Shown here one piece after another: positions 14,249 to 28,294 of a DNA stretch of 64,000 bases. The stretch lies in NCBI RefSeq assembly GCF_000150275.1, contig NW_002060966.1, positions 76,415-140,414 on the forward strand, read 5' to 3'. The position numbers and the translations under genes were made by a program. Each line of letters starts with the position of its first letter. The first letter of the stretch is position 1. The DNA comes from Trichoplax adhaerens. Taxonomy: Eukaryota > Animalia > Placozoa. Below the pieces are notes generated by a model. It was not told the origin of the DNA, searched no databases, and saw only the letters and a program-made list of their open reading frames with translations.

Positions 14249-17200
14249 TTAGCAGAATTCTCAGCAACACATCAAAGCTCCGTTATCGGTCCGTGCTAAA
14301 TAAAGAATATAGGAATCCCTAACAAACAAGAAATTCATTTTAACGCATAGACTACCTAACAAGATTTATAGTATTATAAAGACAAAGCAAAAAATACTAC
14401 AACGATTTCTAATGTCGCATATTGGAAAGCTTCATCAAATAATAACTAATTGATTAAAAGATTATTTGTTGCTGCAATCGCTAATAAAAGTAAATATATA
14501 TTGGAATAGCATCGAAAATTGTAATGGCCAAACCATAATCGGAATACAATTAATAAGTTATGATCACATATAGTCACTCCTAAACTAGCCTACAAACTGC
14601 TAAAGATAAACAACAAAAATGATTATAATTTGACTGGCCCAAGCAATTTTGAAGTTTCTTTAGCTATATTATTGATAATTCTGTTTCTCTATTAATTAAC
14701 TCTTATCAGGATCTATTTTATTCCATCAAAATGCTGAAAATTGCTTCATAATGATTGTTAGCATTCGATTACCATACTTTTATTTGCAAACCAAAACACT
14801 TAAAGAAAGTAGAATAAACTTCGCTTGTATACTATTGGGTACACCGTAGACTACAAACTAAACCATCTAAGCTTGACTATGTTTACCAGTTTATTACTAT
14901 ATCAGAAATTGATATATTTACTGTATCTATGAACCTAGTGCCATAGGTTTATATGATAACCATTTTACTTATTAAAACAGTATGCATGGCAAACAACGCG
15001 CGACTTTGCTTTCAAAAATCGTTATTACTATTATGACCGTTTTGAAATTTTATTGCATATGAAATTAGAATTATAATTGTTCTTTTAATTATTTCAGCAT
15101 TTTTAATTATATAAATATTAAAATTATACCATTAACTTCTAAAAATGAAATCTTTTGATCATCCGTTTATGCCGTAGGCTCCATTATTGTAGGTTTTAGA
15201 TTAATACACAATAATACTATAAAAATTGCTTATTTGACTGCTCTTACTGACTTTGCTACGTCTTAATTTCACTTCTTAAGTTGTACTAAATTGACATAAT
15301 TTGTGCTTCTCTGAAATTATTGGTCGCTGAAATCGATTGATCGCTCTCTATTCTTTCAAAGTAGCTCAAACAATAGGCAGAAAATAAAATTATAGGAAAT
15401 TCATATACCGGATAATATCTCGATCTCTGCTAGTGTACATTAACGCCAAGTGCATTATTTTTCGTTATAAAACTCTTCACAATTACCAATATTAAGAATT
15501 TTAGGGTAGCACATCATAGTTTCACTATGTGAAACAGTTCAGTGGGTTCCTGAATTGTTCCTAATTTCATGTCGTAGCTGTCAAGGTGGATTTAATGTAA
15601 GTTAAAAATAGAGCATAAGACTGTGGCAATGTATCAAATTGACAGTAACCATGCTATCATTCATACCTATAACTCGCAAACTTAAGCTTCTGATAAATTT
15701 TACAGTATCAAAAGGAATAGATAAGTCAGCTGTTGCTAAAAGAAAGAAATATAGATAATAGAAAGAGGGATAAAAATGGGATTCTTTGCATTGAAAAACG
15801 CAATGATTTAGTTCAGATAGGTACTTACAGAAAGGCTACGATATTATTATTATAATTCATTTTGATAATGAAATTCATAAATATTAGTATTATAGTAGAC
15901 AATCAGGCCGTTGAATCATATAATAACGATAATAATGTAGAAATAAACGATAAAAATTAAATAATCAAGGTATAGTTTATAATAAGGCGCTGTTGAGTAC
16001 TTTAAAAAATTGGATGGTGGGAGGCTTCATTAATTAAAAGTTTATTTTATTTTAAAATAAAAATAATTTGGTATATTCTAAAATATCAAATTGGAGAGGT
16101 TGCTCTAATTAGGCTTTGCTAATTCTTAGTCTCATAAAAACTCATTCCCTGCTCGAAGCATCAATGTTGATAGAGTTAATAGTATCTTAATTAAACTCAA
16201 AGCTGTAAAATGAAGCTAGTTCTACTTTATCAAACAATTTTTCTTGTCGTATCTGGATCAATAAACCTAATAAAATTAGTCAAAATATTAAAACTGCTTT
16301 TGCAGTTCAGTACTCATAGAATGCTGTAGACGAGAAAGCCTTATTCCAATAACTGTGTTTGAAAGACATTAATTAGTTTTACGGGTCAGAATGACAGTAA
16401 ATATTCTTAAGGAGCTCTTAAATTCCTGAATAAATTTTCTTATGATTAAAATGAAATGAAGCATTATAATGGCTAAAAAGGATCTATTATGTGTCTTTTC
16501 TGATCGAATTGACCGTTAAATCATGGAATTCTGTGTAAGCGAGTCTTAGTTAAATGTTGCTTTCTATGACAACGGTATAGAGATATATACGTTTATGTTT
16601 TCTCAATAATACTATTATCAACTTGCAAAGTATCTAGAATTTTATAAGTTGTTACTGATAAATACAGAACCAAAAAATCCTTGTGCTATCAAATATTTAA
16701 ATTTATGACGGAAACCTTTTCAGTAACAGTTTTTAATTCTGAAATTAAAATTTAAGATGGTAAATAAAATGGCTTCCAATCTCAGAGTAAAGTAATGCTA
16801 ACAATGAATGATAGGAACGAACCTATGTTAAACATATTGTAGAAGAAGTTAAATAATCAATAATAAACATGCTATTAGTAGCACAACTAAAAAGCGCCAA
16901 TGTTTTGTTGATAGATATATATTTGGGCAGAATATACGATATGGTATGTTACAAACGGTACATTGTTTGCCAAGGAGGTTTTTGTTTTCTCACCTTACCA
17001 ATCGATTTGATATCACAAGAACGATCTGAATAATACCAAACCAGTAAAATCTCATATAAAACCAACATTTATCTGTTGATAAATAGACGATAACAGATTA
17101 TCTGCATCGGAACGTATTTCTACAATCAATTGTGAAAGTTTGATTTGTAGCAAGAATGCTCTTTACCTTTAATGGCGACAAACTTGATTTCAGGTGATGT

Positions 17201-18447
17201 CGTACCTGATCACCTAATATTTAATGTATTGAATGGGTAAATTTAGCCTTTGATTATATATAAACTGTCGACAATGTTTACGTTTAAGAAAATAAATTGG
17301 AAATCAATAGACTAGACATCAGTAAGGCAAATGAAACTATAAAAAACTTCCATTTCCATCCTTCGTAAAGGAAAGCATGTGTTCTGTTGACATCTTTAAA
17401 AAGCTCAATAATGACATCCTTAGAAATTAAATTCGCTAGACTCTATAAGATGTATGATTTATTATTCTTTTTAACAATAGTAGCTTAGATTCTACTTTAG
17501 AGCACTTCCTAATTAGCAGTATAAATTTTGAAGTAAATTTGGAAGAGCAACCTTTTTGGTCAATCGTAATTCAAAATTAATGAATAGATCATAATCTTGT
17601 GCTGGCCTGCTTACTCTTCGGCATGATTGCAGCTTGTGAAAATTACCAATGTTGGACATAGCGAAAGATTTTTAAATTTTTCTTTAAAGTTATTTTAATC
17701 AAAGGTTTTTGATTGCTAATACCGATATCGATATTACGTTTCCTTAAATCTTAAGCTAGAAATTTATCCAGTTAAACATTCTATTTAACAGCTATGTAAT
17801 AAGAATTAATACTAAGCCCATTCCACTCACGTTTCTTTAGGAATTTCGATATATCCAAGTCGTGTTTACTTGAAAACCGCTAATAGCAAGCTGTGTCAGC
17901 TCTTAACTTAAAAGCTCACACTATTATTCCTACTTATTTACGCGTATTTCATAAACTATGGTTATCATAAAATGTATTAGGAAATAGAGTCTTAATCGTA
18001 AGTTCAGTTATTGCCATTGTTATTTAAATAATTCCAACATCGTTACAATTGTATTTTAATCTATTTGAAAGCTGTTCGGATCCAAGAAAATAGAACTTGG
18101 AAAAAATAGTGCGAGAAAATACTAATCGTCATTGATTAGTTTCATCGTAATTATAAACCCTGTAAGTATGTTTCTTGTAAGGATAGATTTATCGTTTTGA
18201 TCAGGATTTCCTCAATCACAGGTAACTGATGTAAAATTTTAGCATTTGCCGTTTATATATACCTGAATTTAGTTCATTAAGTCTTAAATCATATATAAAC
18301 TATTAAAAGTTCATGTTAGGGCAATCTCATCAATTGTGAAAAGAAAATCTTCTAGAACACAACAACTTTCTGGTTAAAGAAATTAATCAATCAAATAAAT
18401 GAGGTTTTATATACTCATATAAAATTGTAAACTTGTGATTAATAAAT

Positions 18448-19446
18448 ATGGCAAATTCAAGTGGTAATGTTACTTTCCAAAATACAGCTTCCGTCACTTG
18501 TTTACCTATAGGTTTTATGGGCATTATAACTAATTTTTTTCTCTTTATTATCCTGTTGACCAAAAAGTCTTTAAGGGATCATAGTTATAGAATTGTAGCT
18601 AGCGTTATCGCCAGCGACTTTTTCAGTTCTATTCAATTTGTATTTGTTTTTCTTGGTCCCTATTTTTTGGAATATTCGACATTTAACACAAGCCAGATTT
18701 ATTGTAAATTTTTAATTTATTCCATGTATTCAACTTATAATGCTTCCGTCTTAAGCTTGACTGCTGTTAGTTTTTATCGATATAAATTGGTTTTTAAAGC
18801 TTCACAAATTCGATTTAAAGAGATAGAACTCCGTAAGATTAATAAATTACTGGCGATAATATGGGCTATTAGCTTTCTGTTTGCTATACCTATGATATTT
18901 TTTGTAAGGAGTAATTTTACCGTTACCAGCAACTGCGATATCAATTATATTCAAGGATATCCTCGCTTAACTTTTACTTACTTTCTTTGTACAGCTATAG
19001 TTATGTACGTTTTACCGTTAACTACTATGGTTTTCAATTATGTACGGTTAATTAGAAAGTTGAATGAGTATATATTGCCGTGGAATAACCGAATAGATAA
19101 TGCTATTCGACGACGGGATCATGTTATAAGAATTTTGTTGGCTGTTACAAGTGCATTTATGCTCTTTAATTTTCCATTATTTATTTGCATTAATTTTATG
19201 GTCAGCAATGTTCAAACCTATTATATGCTTCGATTGAATAATTTTACTTTATATTTTATTTCTTTATTAACACTACCTATAACTGCATCTGTAAGTTTAA
19301 TCAATCCAATAATCTTTATTACACTCGATAAGAACATTTCCAAGGCAGTTAAGCAGAGGCTAACTATTGATCTCTGCGGTATGATCCATTCCAATTTTAC
19401 TTCATCTGGAAGAAATCTAAATGCAGTATTTATTCTCTCCAGCTAG
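18448..19446 (+). CDS. Intronless rhodopsin-class GPCR paralogue 4, 332 aa
   Basis: Same length as and colinear with 13250-14248 (e.g. YCKFLIYSxYSTYNASxLSLTAVS); SFYRY and NPIIF motifs. Confidence 0.93.
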   Translation: MANSSGNVTFQNTASVTCLPIGFMGIITNFFLFIILLTKKSLRDHSYRIVASVIASDFFSSIQFVFVFLGPYFLEYSTFNTSQIYCKFLIYSMYSTYNASVLSLTAVSFYRYKLVFKASQIRFKEIELRKINKLLAIIWAISFLFAIPMIFFVRSNFTVTSNCDINYIQGYPRLTFTYFLCTAIVMYVLPLTTMVFNYVRLIRKLNEYILPWNNRIDNAIRRRDHVIRILLAVTSAFMLFNFPLFICINFMVSNVQTYYMLRLNNFTLYFISLLTLPITASVSLINPIIFITLDKNISKAVKQRLTIDLCGMIHSNFTSSGRNLNAVFILSS

Positions 19447-20663
19447 ATACTGTATTAGATTGCATAACGATACGAATGGCACTAGGTATTACTGCTTCAT
19501 TCTTGCTAATATTTAAGAATTTTAGGATATGGTAATTTCCTGAAACTAATGTGAATTAATTCACAACTACGGTATTGATTTACTGATCTTGTCTCTACTC
19601 TATTAAATTCTCGAATGTAAAGCAACAATTGCGTCCTTGATCTGTTTAATATATTATTAAGCTATCGTATTATTGGTAAGAATAATATACTTAAATTTAA
19701 TATAATTAATTTACACAATTTATTATTTTCGTGGAGCATTAATTAATATTGCTGTCGCAATAACGCTTACCCATTTTCAAATCTACGAATTAGTTATTAA
19801 AATACGATCGGAGATATTGTAAAATTGTACAGTGAATAGTTACCAGCTATGGAAATTTACAAACAACTCCTGGGTTAAGCTATAGTATACAGAAACGTAT
19901 ATTTTTCTGCATATCATTGGGTATTTCATAATGGTTTAGATACGTGTATTAGATCCTGAAGCTTCAATTTTTATTTTATCCTCTACAGGCCAGCTTAAAT
20001 CTCTAAGTAAAGCATGTAATTAAATTACTAAGCTTTTGTAAGACAGTGGTTAGTTTTAGCTATTGAAAACAAGAACATATTCAATCATATAGCTTTGGAA
20101 AGTTCACTTTCGAGATTTCTGAAAGATTGCAGATCGAAATAGATATTCATTAGGGTGCTCAAGTCAACCATGTAATGAAAATTTAGAGTCGTTCATATCG
20201 CTCCTACTCAACAATGATTATCTATTAGGCCTGCATACGTTAGGAGACAGTATCACATGATGCATTTGGAGTGTGTATTAATTATTCTAATTTTTATGGT
20301 AGTATTTACATTATTCAGGTAGATAATTGCAATTAAGATTGTTTAATTAACCTCCATTAGGCAAACTTTGTTAGAAAGCATATGGTTAAAACAATCAATT
20401 TTGTTATTTATTATCAGAAGTACAGCAAAATCTGTGTAAGCATTTATACTTTTGGAAAGTGTATCATGGTCACAAATTATTATCTTTAATACTGCAATAT
20501 GGTGGCAAATCATATGACCAGCCGATATTTCATTGAGTTCAGCAGTTTTCCCTCAACTTCAGCAAATACCTTTAATTGGTGAATTGACGTTACCATAAAG
20601 CTGAATTTTATTTCACATTTGGTTTGTATTTGCAAGCAGTTTTCACTCGCACGTTTTAAAGAC

Positions 20664-21661
20664 ATGGCACCATTATTTCTTTTAACTAAACGGTATATTT
20701 TTCAGGTTATTGTTTACACTATTGCTGTTGTTATTGGAATTTTAGGTAATTCCTTGGTTATATTAGTAATTACTAGATATAAGAAATTACAGTCGCCTAT
20801 CAATCTTTTAATTACAGTCTCAGCTGCTTCAGGCTTAATTTTATCAGTCCTACATATTCCATTACTCGTATCAGGTTTACTATATCCCAGCACTAACTCC
20901 TTATCAGGTCAAAGTGTTGAATTTTGTCAGGTTCTGGTCACTTTTTATCTGACTTGCCTAATGTATACACCTCTGACATTGCTTATTGTATGTATATATC
21001 GATTGGCTGATATCTACTTTCATTTTAAGCTGCATCGCATGATAACCAAGAAAAGCGCGACTATTTTGTTTCTAGCAAGTTGGATGATATTCTTATCTTT
21101 CTCAATAATCCATTTTCATACTGTAATAACTGAGTCAATTAATCAAAATGGAAGTTGCATATTAATTTATCCTCTGCCACTATTTGATATTGACACTGAA
21201 GACTCTAACAGAAAGCTAGTGCATCATATTATGATAGCTATCTTTGCTCAGAGAATTAATGGTTTAATACTGGCAATAGTTTCAGTTTTACTGCTGGTTA
21301 TTATTATGTATGGTGTTATAATTGAGCAAGTTTTGATTAATAGATTATCGAAAGACGAATCGAATAACTATCGGATAGAAAACGAAAGGAATGGAATGAA
21401 GCGAAGTCGACAGATATTGCGATTACTTTATACCTGCACTATTATGCTTACGATATTAGTGATTCCACTAAATTGCCTGCTTATGATGATTATGATTGGC
21501 TATATCAATTTACAAAGTTCTACCTCCATTCTGTTCTGAAATGGCTATCTCTGCTAATTTATATCGCGGTGGTCTATAATCCCATTTTATACGGCTATTT
21601 CAACTCTGGCATCAGATATAGAGCAGCTGAGGTCTTTCATGTTCGCGTCAATCTTTCTTAA
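20664..21661 (+). pseudogene. Unrelated class A (peptide-receptor-like) GPCR with a frameshift before TM7
   Basis: From ATG 20664: GILGNSLVILVI (TM1), PINLLI, CIYRL, TM4 W, TM5-6. TM7/helix 8 (KWLSLLIYIAVVYNPILYGYFNSGIR) sits in another frame (ORF 21473-21661), equivalent to one missing base at ~21500-21535. Confidence 0.8.
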
Positions 21662-23187
21662 TATATGAACATTGAGGAACTTATAACATCATTACGTGCA
21701 AATATAATTGTGAAATAGATAGGATTTTAAACTTTTCTAGTGTAGATTTCTTAGACTGGAAATATATCTTAGACCTATGAAATACCATACTGACGAAATT
21801 CTTTTATTAACTGGAAACTGTAGCCAACAAGAAATTTTTATCTTTCAAATATGAAAATTGAAATTAGAGTTCTATTAAGTAGGAATATAGTTTGATTTAA
21901 TATAGTTTGCATGAATTTTATAATAGTCAAACATCAATATGGTTTTATTATTTGGTTACCATAATGGTTATCGATTTGCTTTACAAAAGAGTGAAGTATT
22001 CTGGCAATAGACCTTCTGATGCACTTAAGATAACATTTATAATATTAAAAATATCGTTTGCTATTTGAGGACTATGCCTGAACTGCCATTATTATGGGTT
22101 CAAATAAAAAGTATTTGTATCATACAATGTAAAATCCATCTATTATCAAATAAATTATAGCTATTTAATCTAAAGTCTCTCGTCATCTTTTCCACTGTTA
22201 TGAAAGTGGATATGCTTCGCACAAACTAAAATCTGTTTCGTATTACAACTAGTATATTACTAGGGTCCTAAATTGAATCACCTTTATTAGAATTCCGACG
22301 TATGACAAAATTTTAGTAAATTTAAAGATTTCTTTTTATGATACGTACTAGCAAGCTTAGTTTCATAATTTATACATAACTGTAAATATTACTTATGTAC
22401 CAGAATAATGTTAGGCTGCATTACATCCTATGAGAAACGTTATTTATTCAAATGTCAGTTAGCCTGCATTATGAGTCAGCTATTCTCAATCATTTCATTG
22501 ATATCATCTTGAATACGGATTTAAAAATCATTGATCTTGCTATTTAAAATTTATGTAGTGTATAAAATGTTAGAACCATAAGAAGATTTCTACGATTAAA
22601 TTTTATTATTGCATTGACCCAATTTATATAAAATACAGCTAGATATGATTGTAGATTTCATGATTTACGGTGTACATGTTGTAAGCTTTTAAGGAAAAAC
22701 AGGTACTAATTCGATATTAAGATTATAGTTTGTGGACAAATCGTCTCATATTTCTCCTATAACTAATATATCACCAGGTATTGTGATGCCGTAATTGTAA
22801 GAACTTCCAGCTATCAGATAACTGCAATATTATTATATTCTACTTAAGACATTATTTGTCCATACATGTACACGTCCGAAGCTTGAAAATTCGAAATACT
22901 TTAGATCATGCGTATACGATGACTTTATGTTACTATGGTGACAGACGGCTTCCTAACAAAGTCTTTTGTATTGTTACATTATTATTCGTTATACTTTAGT
23001 TAAGATGATATCGTTTAGCAACTCGTTTAGAATTCTTTTAGAGTTTTATCTTTAAAAATATTTCGATCGCATCGAAGTAGCGTTTACAAACTTAATTATT
23101 TCCCACTAAATATAAATCTTTTGAAATTAAGTTCGTTTAGAATAATTCGTTGCAACACTTTATTGATTAAATAGAAGACAAGCAGTT

Positions 23188-26100
23188 ATGGCTGAACGTA
23201 AATATGATATGTTACTATTCAAGAATGATCCAGATAAGAAAAAATTACAGCAAACATGGTAAGAATTTAATAGATGGATTATTATTGGTAAACGAATGTC
23301 ACAGTTTTAAGATTTATAGTATATACAGTAAAATTATGTAGGTAATATACAATCAAATAATAGTCAATAATAGTATGCTAGTGATTTTACTGGCTTACCT
23401 AATAGCTAAATTTGTATAAGTAAATGTAGTTGTTGTAAAAATATTAAACAAAAATTTGTAATTAATTAAAACTCAGCATAGAATTACTATCATACCAGTA
23501 GAGTATCTTAATCGATATCATACATACCTACAATACTACAATCTTATGCTTAACTTACATCCAAATCAAAGACCGTACCTTAAAATATGTTGACGCAGAT
23601 TATTTTATATAAATAATCCAGGTACAAGGAAAGATTGAGAACAAAGTATATTACCGATATTAAAAAAGAACGTTCAGTAGTCTTAAATGCAAAGTCTTGG
23701 ACATTTGTTAAGCATGGTGTAGACGATTTCAGAACAGGAATGCCTTCAGTTGAAAGTACTGAATGCGTAACCAAGGTAAAACTCTAAAAATCTCGAAGTA
23801 AAGATTAGCAGTTAATCGTACAGATCTTATAATTCACCTTTTAGCCCTTTGCTCCCTGAAACTTTTGCAAGCATAAAATCATGGCCTCTCGATGCTAAAT
23901 CAATATCGATAATAATTCTTGTAGGGTATTAAGGGAGTTTACTCTCCTAACATATATAAAAGCGGAGAAGAAGAGAAACCCCAACCCAAGAAATCTTACC
24001 GTAAAAAATTAAATAAAATAGATGTTGCCTATTCCAGGTAAAACTCCTAAAAATATGCCAAGCAAATATGAGATTTTTTCCTTAGCCTTAACGCATTTGT
24101 GCTACTTGATAACTTTTGCAAAGCTGCCGTAACATGATTGTTTTAAGAAAACCTTTCTAGAAATGAGCTTATATTAGTTTATCTATGTCGTTGTACATAT
24201 TATTAATGAATAAGTGGATAGTTTTATATTACAGTATTATGTAAGTGCTGATAACTAATGTTGTCCTAACTATACAATAAATTGACTGAATTTTCTATAA
24301 AGTTCGAGTTAAGCTTTGTGTAGGAAAGACTAGGTATGTTACCGTTCTTCCTAACGATAAGAGACTGTCAGTATTTAGTGCCATAACATAGTCAGATATC
24401 GGAGAGTACAAACCTAATATTAGCCTTGTGGTATTTAGTTCTCTATGATAATGTTTTTGCGTTATAAATTTAGAATTGTAACCTTCTCTTATAAAGTATT
24501 TATTACAACGAGTTAGATCGTTGCCCGGGCATAAACATAGAAAAGATTTTGTCGATGATTACGAATATGACCTTACGCAACATCCATTAGCATTATATCC
24601 TCACTTGGAAGAATGCATGCCGCCTGATGTAAGTTAATAGCCTGAAAATATATAAATGTAAGATCGTTGCTATATTATTCCATTACTAGATCGTTTGATT
24701 AATCTACGCATTTATACAGGTTTTCGAAGACGTTGTCGACGTATTAGATCCTGAACTTAATATAGAAGCAGAGGCTGAAGATGTAATGAATCAATTTATA
24801 ACTTTAACGTTTGTTTAATCTCATTTTTGTAAAATTTTGTAAATCAACGCTAGCTAACCATTGACACTGATCTCGTAGGAGTATGATGACAGTGACTCTA
24901 ATTATTTGAGCCCATCCGAAAGCAAAATAGAAATCGGAGATAAAAATATTGAAACCCTTCAGGTATTAATAATTTCGTTGGTCGTTCTTATATAATAATT
25001 TAAGAAGCTTTCATCAACTAGTTCAAGCGATGAAAGACTATGATATTAGTTACCTTAATAAAGATTTATTTATTGCATTTTAGATTCCTGTCATCACTAA
25101 AGAGCAATCCTCAAATCAGAATGATGCTATATTAGACGATAGAGATAAACTAGAAGACAACAAGACTGTTAAACGCCAAACATATCGATGGATTAGCAAA
25201 AAAGAGGACGTCAATGTCACTGAAGATGATAATAATAATCGAACTACCTTAATTGATTTACCCGAAGAAGGACAGGTTACACTTTAATTCTTCATGTGGG
25301 ATAAAATATTTTTAGTAATGCTTTAAGCTGAAAATAGAGTAGACCAATAATTCATCAAGTATTTAACTATATTACTTAAATTCTAGGAAGCCAAAATTAA
25401 ACATGTTACTCGTGATTTTTGCGGTTGGGTGTCATCACTGGTTAGTAATAGAAAATAATGTAAACTAATGATAATTTCTAATACCGTACATGTATATCAG
25501 AACTAAAGGAATAGCCTGCAATGTTTTCGATTTTAACTATTAGGGAGGTGAAAGCAATAATATCGAAGAAGCAACTATATTCAGTTTATTTGCGAGTGGT
25601 TACGAAACGAAGGTTACTACAAGTTGCAGTCTTTATAGAAGAAATTTAAATATAAAATCGTAAAGAAATTCCTATTAATTATAATGTTATTTTAATTGCT
25701 GTTAGCCTGCACTTTCAGTTCCAATCCATGTGGTTGAGTTAACTAATGTCCCACCTGAATTAAGATCGTCAGCTAATGTAGCAAATATAACCAATGAAAC
25801 TAGAGGAGCTTTAATTCGCACACCTCCTAAGGTAAAATATTATCCGTGATACAGTATCTAAATTACCATTAAAATGTTAATTCTCAACCTCTGATTCACG
25901 AGTCGAAATGATCAATAACGTATATACTCTTTCGATTATCCTATGAAGCGAACAAAATCAAATTCTGCTAATAAATACTTTGGTGCCTGGTATTTACCGA
26001 CTAAATTATGGAAATCTAGAAGGAAAGGAGAGGTATTAGAACTAAATATGAGCATTCACATAGACTTTAAAATAAATACAGAATCAGGTTTATTGATGTC

Positions 26101-26880
26101 ATTCTCCATATATAGGTACTAGAAGATCCTCAGAGGATAAAAGCTAAAGCAACATCTGAAACTAAAGGAAAAAGTAGAGAATTGGTACGTATAATAGGAC
26201 AGTAATTTTTTTTTATTTTTTAAAATCTGCGCTAGTTATGTAAAGATGAATTGCGCATACGAAAGATTGCTTGAAATTCAATTTTTTAATATCTCTTAAT
26301 GCTGCTCTATTATTTTCTATAATGTTATGGTAGGATAATGAATTAGCAGTTATGCACGGTGCTAAAGCATTTCGAGAGTTTATTGACAAGAAAAGCACAA
26401 GACTTCCGGAAGTAAGTTTATCTATTTCAAATTCTACCTAGTTCTTGAATGAATAATAACTTCCCTAATAGTATAAATTATGTGAAATTGTCTAAAACTG
26501 TAAACACTATAGTCCGTTTGAAAAGTTGTCAAATTCTTCTTTTAAGAAAATGTAATTTTTAGTTTTTAGATAGCGTTGTGGTTCATAAAGAACCTTATGA
26601 TCGAGATAATACGCTAAGTAAGCTAGGTGGAGAGATCTCAAGGACTGTCTCTGCACGTAAGTTAATACATTTTGTAATATTAAAAGTTAATGCTCTTTCT
26701 ATGTTGTGTTAAGATGTACGACGTGTGTAATAATATTGGCAATAATCTACTCCTATATATTATTGGATCCCAATGCTAAAATATATTAATGTAAAGTTAA
26801 TCGTACAATATACAAATTGTACAAGAAATTATAATAATGAATGCTTTTCATTATCAGATCCTAATGAAGATAAACAGTAA
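23188..26880 (+). CDS. FAM47E: FAM47E-like protein, 15 exons, ~461 aa
   Basis: Hand-spliced GT-AG exons: 23188-23258, 23622-23775, 23925-24037, 24517-24628, 24720-24782, 24879-24962, 25084-25275, 25387-25440, 25544-25612, 25706-25831, 25949-26032, 26116-26184, 26334-26411, 26563-26656, 26858-26880. Phases are consistent. FAM47-type motifs: WYKERLRTK, GVDDFR, TQHPLALYPHLEE, VLDPE, DFCGWV, FASGYETKP, FGAWYLPTKLWK, HGAKAFREFI. Confidence 0.85.
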
Positions 26881-28294
26881 CCAATACCTGGATAGAATCG
26901 ATAATAATCGTTTTGGACATATTCGGATATAACATAATGTGAATATGGTATATTGATTTTTAATAAAAAGATATTATTAGCTTAGATGCAGCTTTATACG
27001 CCTATATTTTAATAATTTTATTTTCTATTGGACTAAGAAAACAAATTTTATTTACAATTCTGATTTAAAATAATACTAATTATTTAAAACAGTCATTCAT
27101 TGCTTACATTTTATGTCACTCTAAAAACAATAAAATCTTTAACTGTGTTACTTAATCAAATGTGCAAGGTTAAGTTAAATGTTTAAAGACGTATGATACC
27201 GGAATAACTTAGATACATGTATTTGTTAAAAAATTTTTCACGGTTTGAAAACCCCATTAATTAGACAAGAATTCACATTTTATGACGCTTTATCATATTT
27301 AAATTAATCAAATGCTTTTTTTCAAAGTTAAATGTTTGATGAACTTGAATCATTATCTACTACGGATTGTATTTTTTAAGGTTATAATTGTTCACGAATA
27401 CTAACACTCGACCTAGTCTTCGCCAAAAAATATCGGTAGGCCATTCGAGTTGATATTCCAAAGTTATAAGTAAAACATTAATATAAATTACAGCTAAGAT
27501 TGATTTCAGCTAAAATTGGCAAAATTTGTCAGTCAGCATCAGTTAAGCTCAACTTAAGGGTTAGTCCTTGACTAATACCAGAATCGCTACTTCTTATTCA
27601 ACATTTACTTATATAGCGATCCAATTCACCAAGTGCGCTACGGTTTATGAGCAACGCATACAATACAAGTATACATCGTGGGATCGTCGCGTGATACCGT
27701 AACTGTGATGTTTCAGAAGGTTGAAAGTTCGGCATTAGTTGCAATAAAGTACAATAGAATAGTTAATAGAAGAGTAACCCTTATTGAGCTAAAGTAAGAG
27801 AATAATCGTGTAAGATTACGGTGCCGGTAACGACGTTACTAGTCGAATAACTATAGTAGTGTAGAATAGGTAAAGCTTGCAAGCTTACCGTGCAACTACC
27901 AGACTAGCGAGCGAGATAGACGAAAGAAGATAGCTTTTATAATGCTAGGAGCACAGCAGGAGGAAATTATTTATAGGCGCAAATGATTCATGAAAATAGG
28001 TTACTTCTGTGTTAAGCTAGTGCTACGGTATAAGTTAGCTAGAGTACAAGATATTTCCACAGAGTTAATTGTTAAAAATAGATCATACATATTTAGAGAT
28101 CTGTTACAGTCTTAGAATTATGCTACAGTCTAGTGAAAACTAATACTTTTACTAAAGATAGACTATACCGTATTTAGAAGTAAACACTACAGTAACAGTA
28201 CATGTATGCAATCCTAACAGAATCTAAACTAAAAAGCCTATTAATGAAACTTTGTCATAATGTTAGTTAGTAATAATTTATATATTGTGCATTA

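Noticed and set aside
27540-28219. LTR-like segment on the - strand (TGTTAGG start, TATAAAA)
   Set aside because: No matching 3' terminus or TSD and no second copy; may be 3' UTR of the AUR1-like gene.
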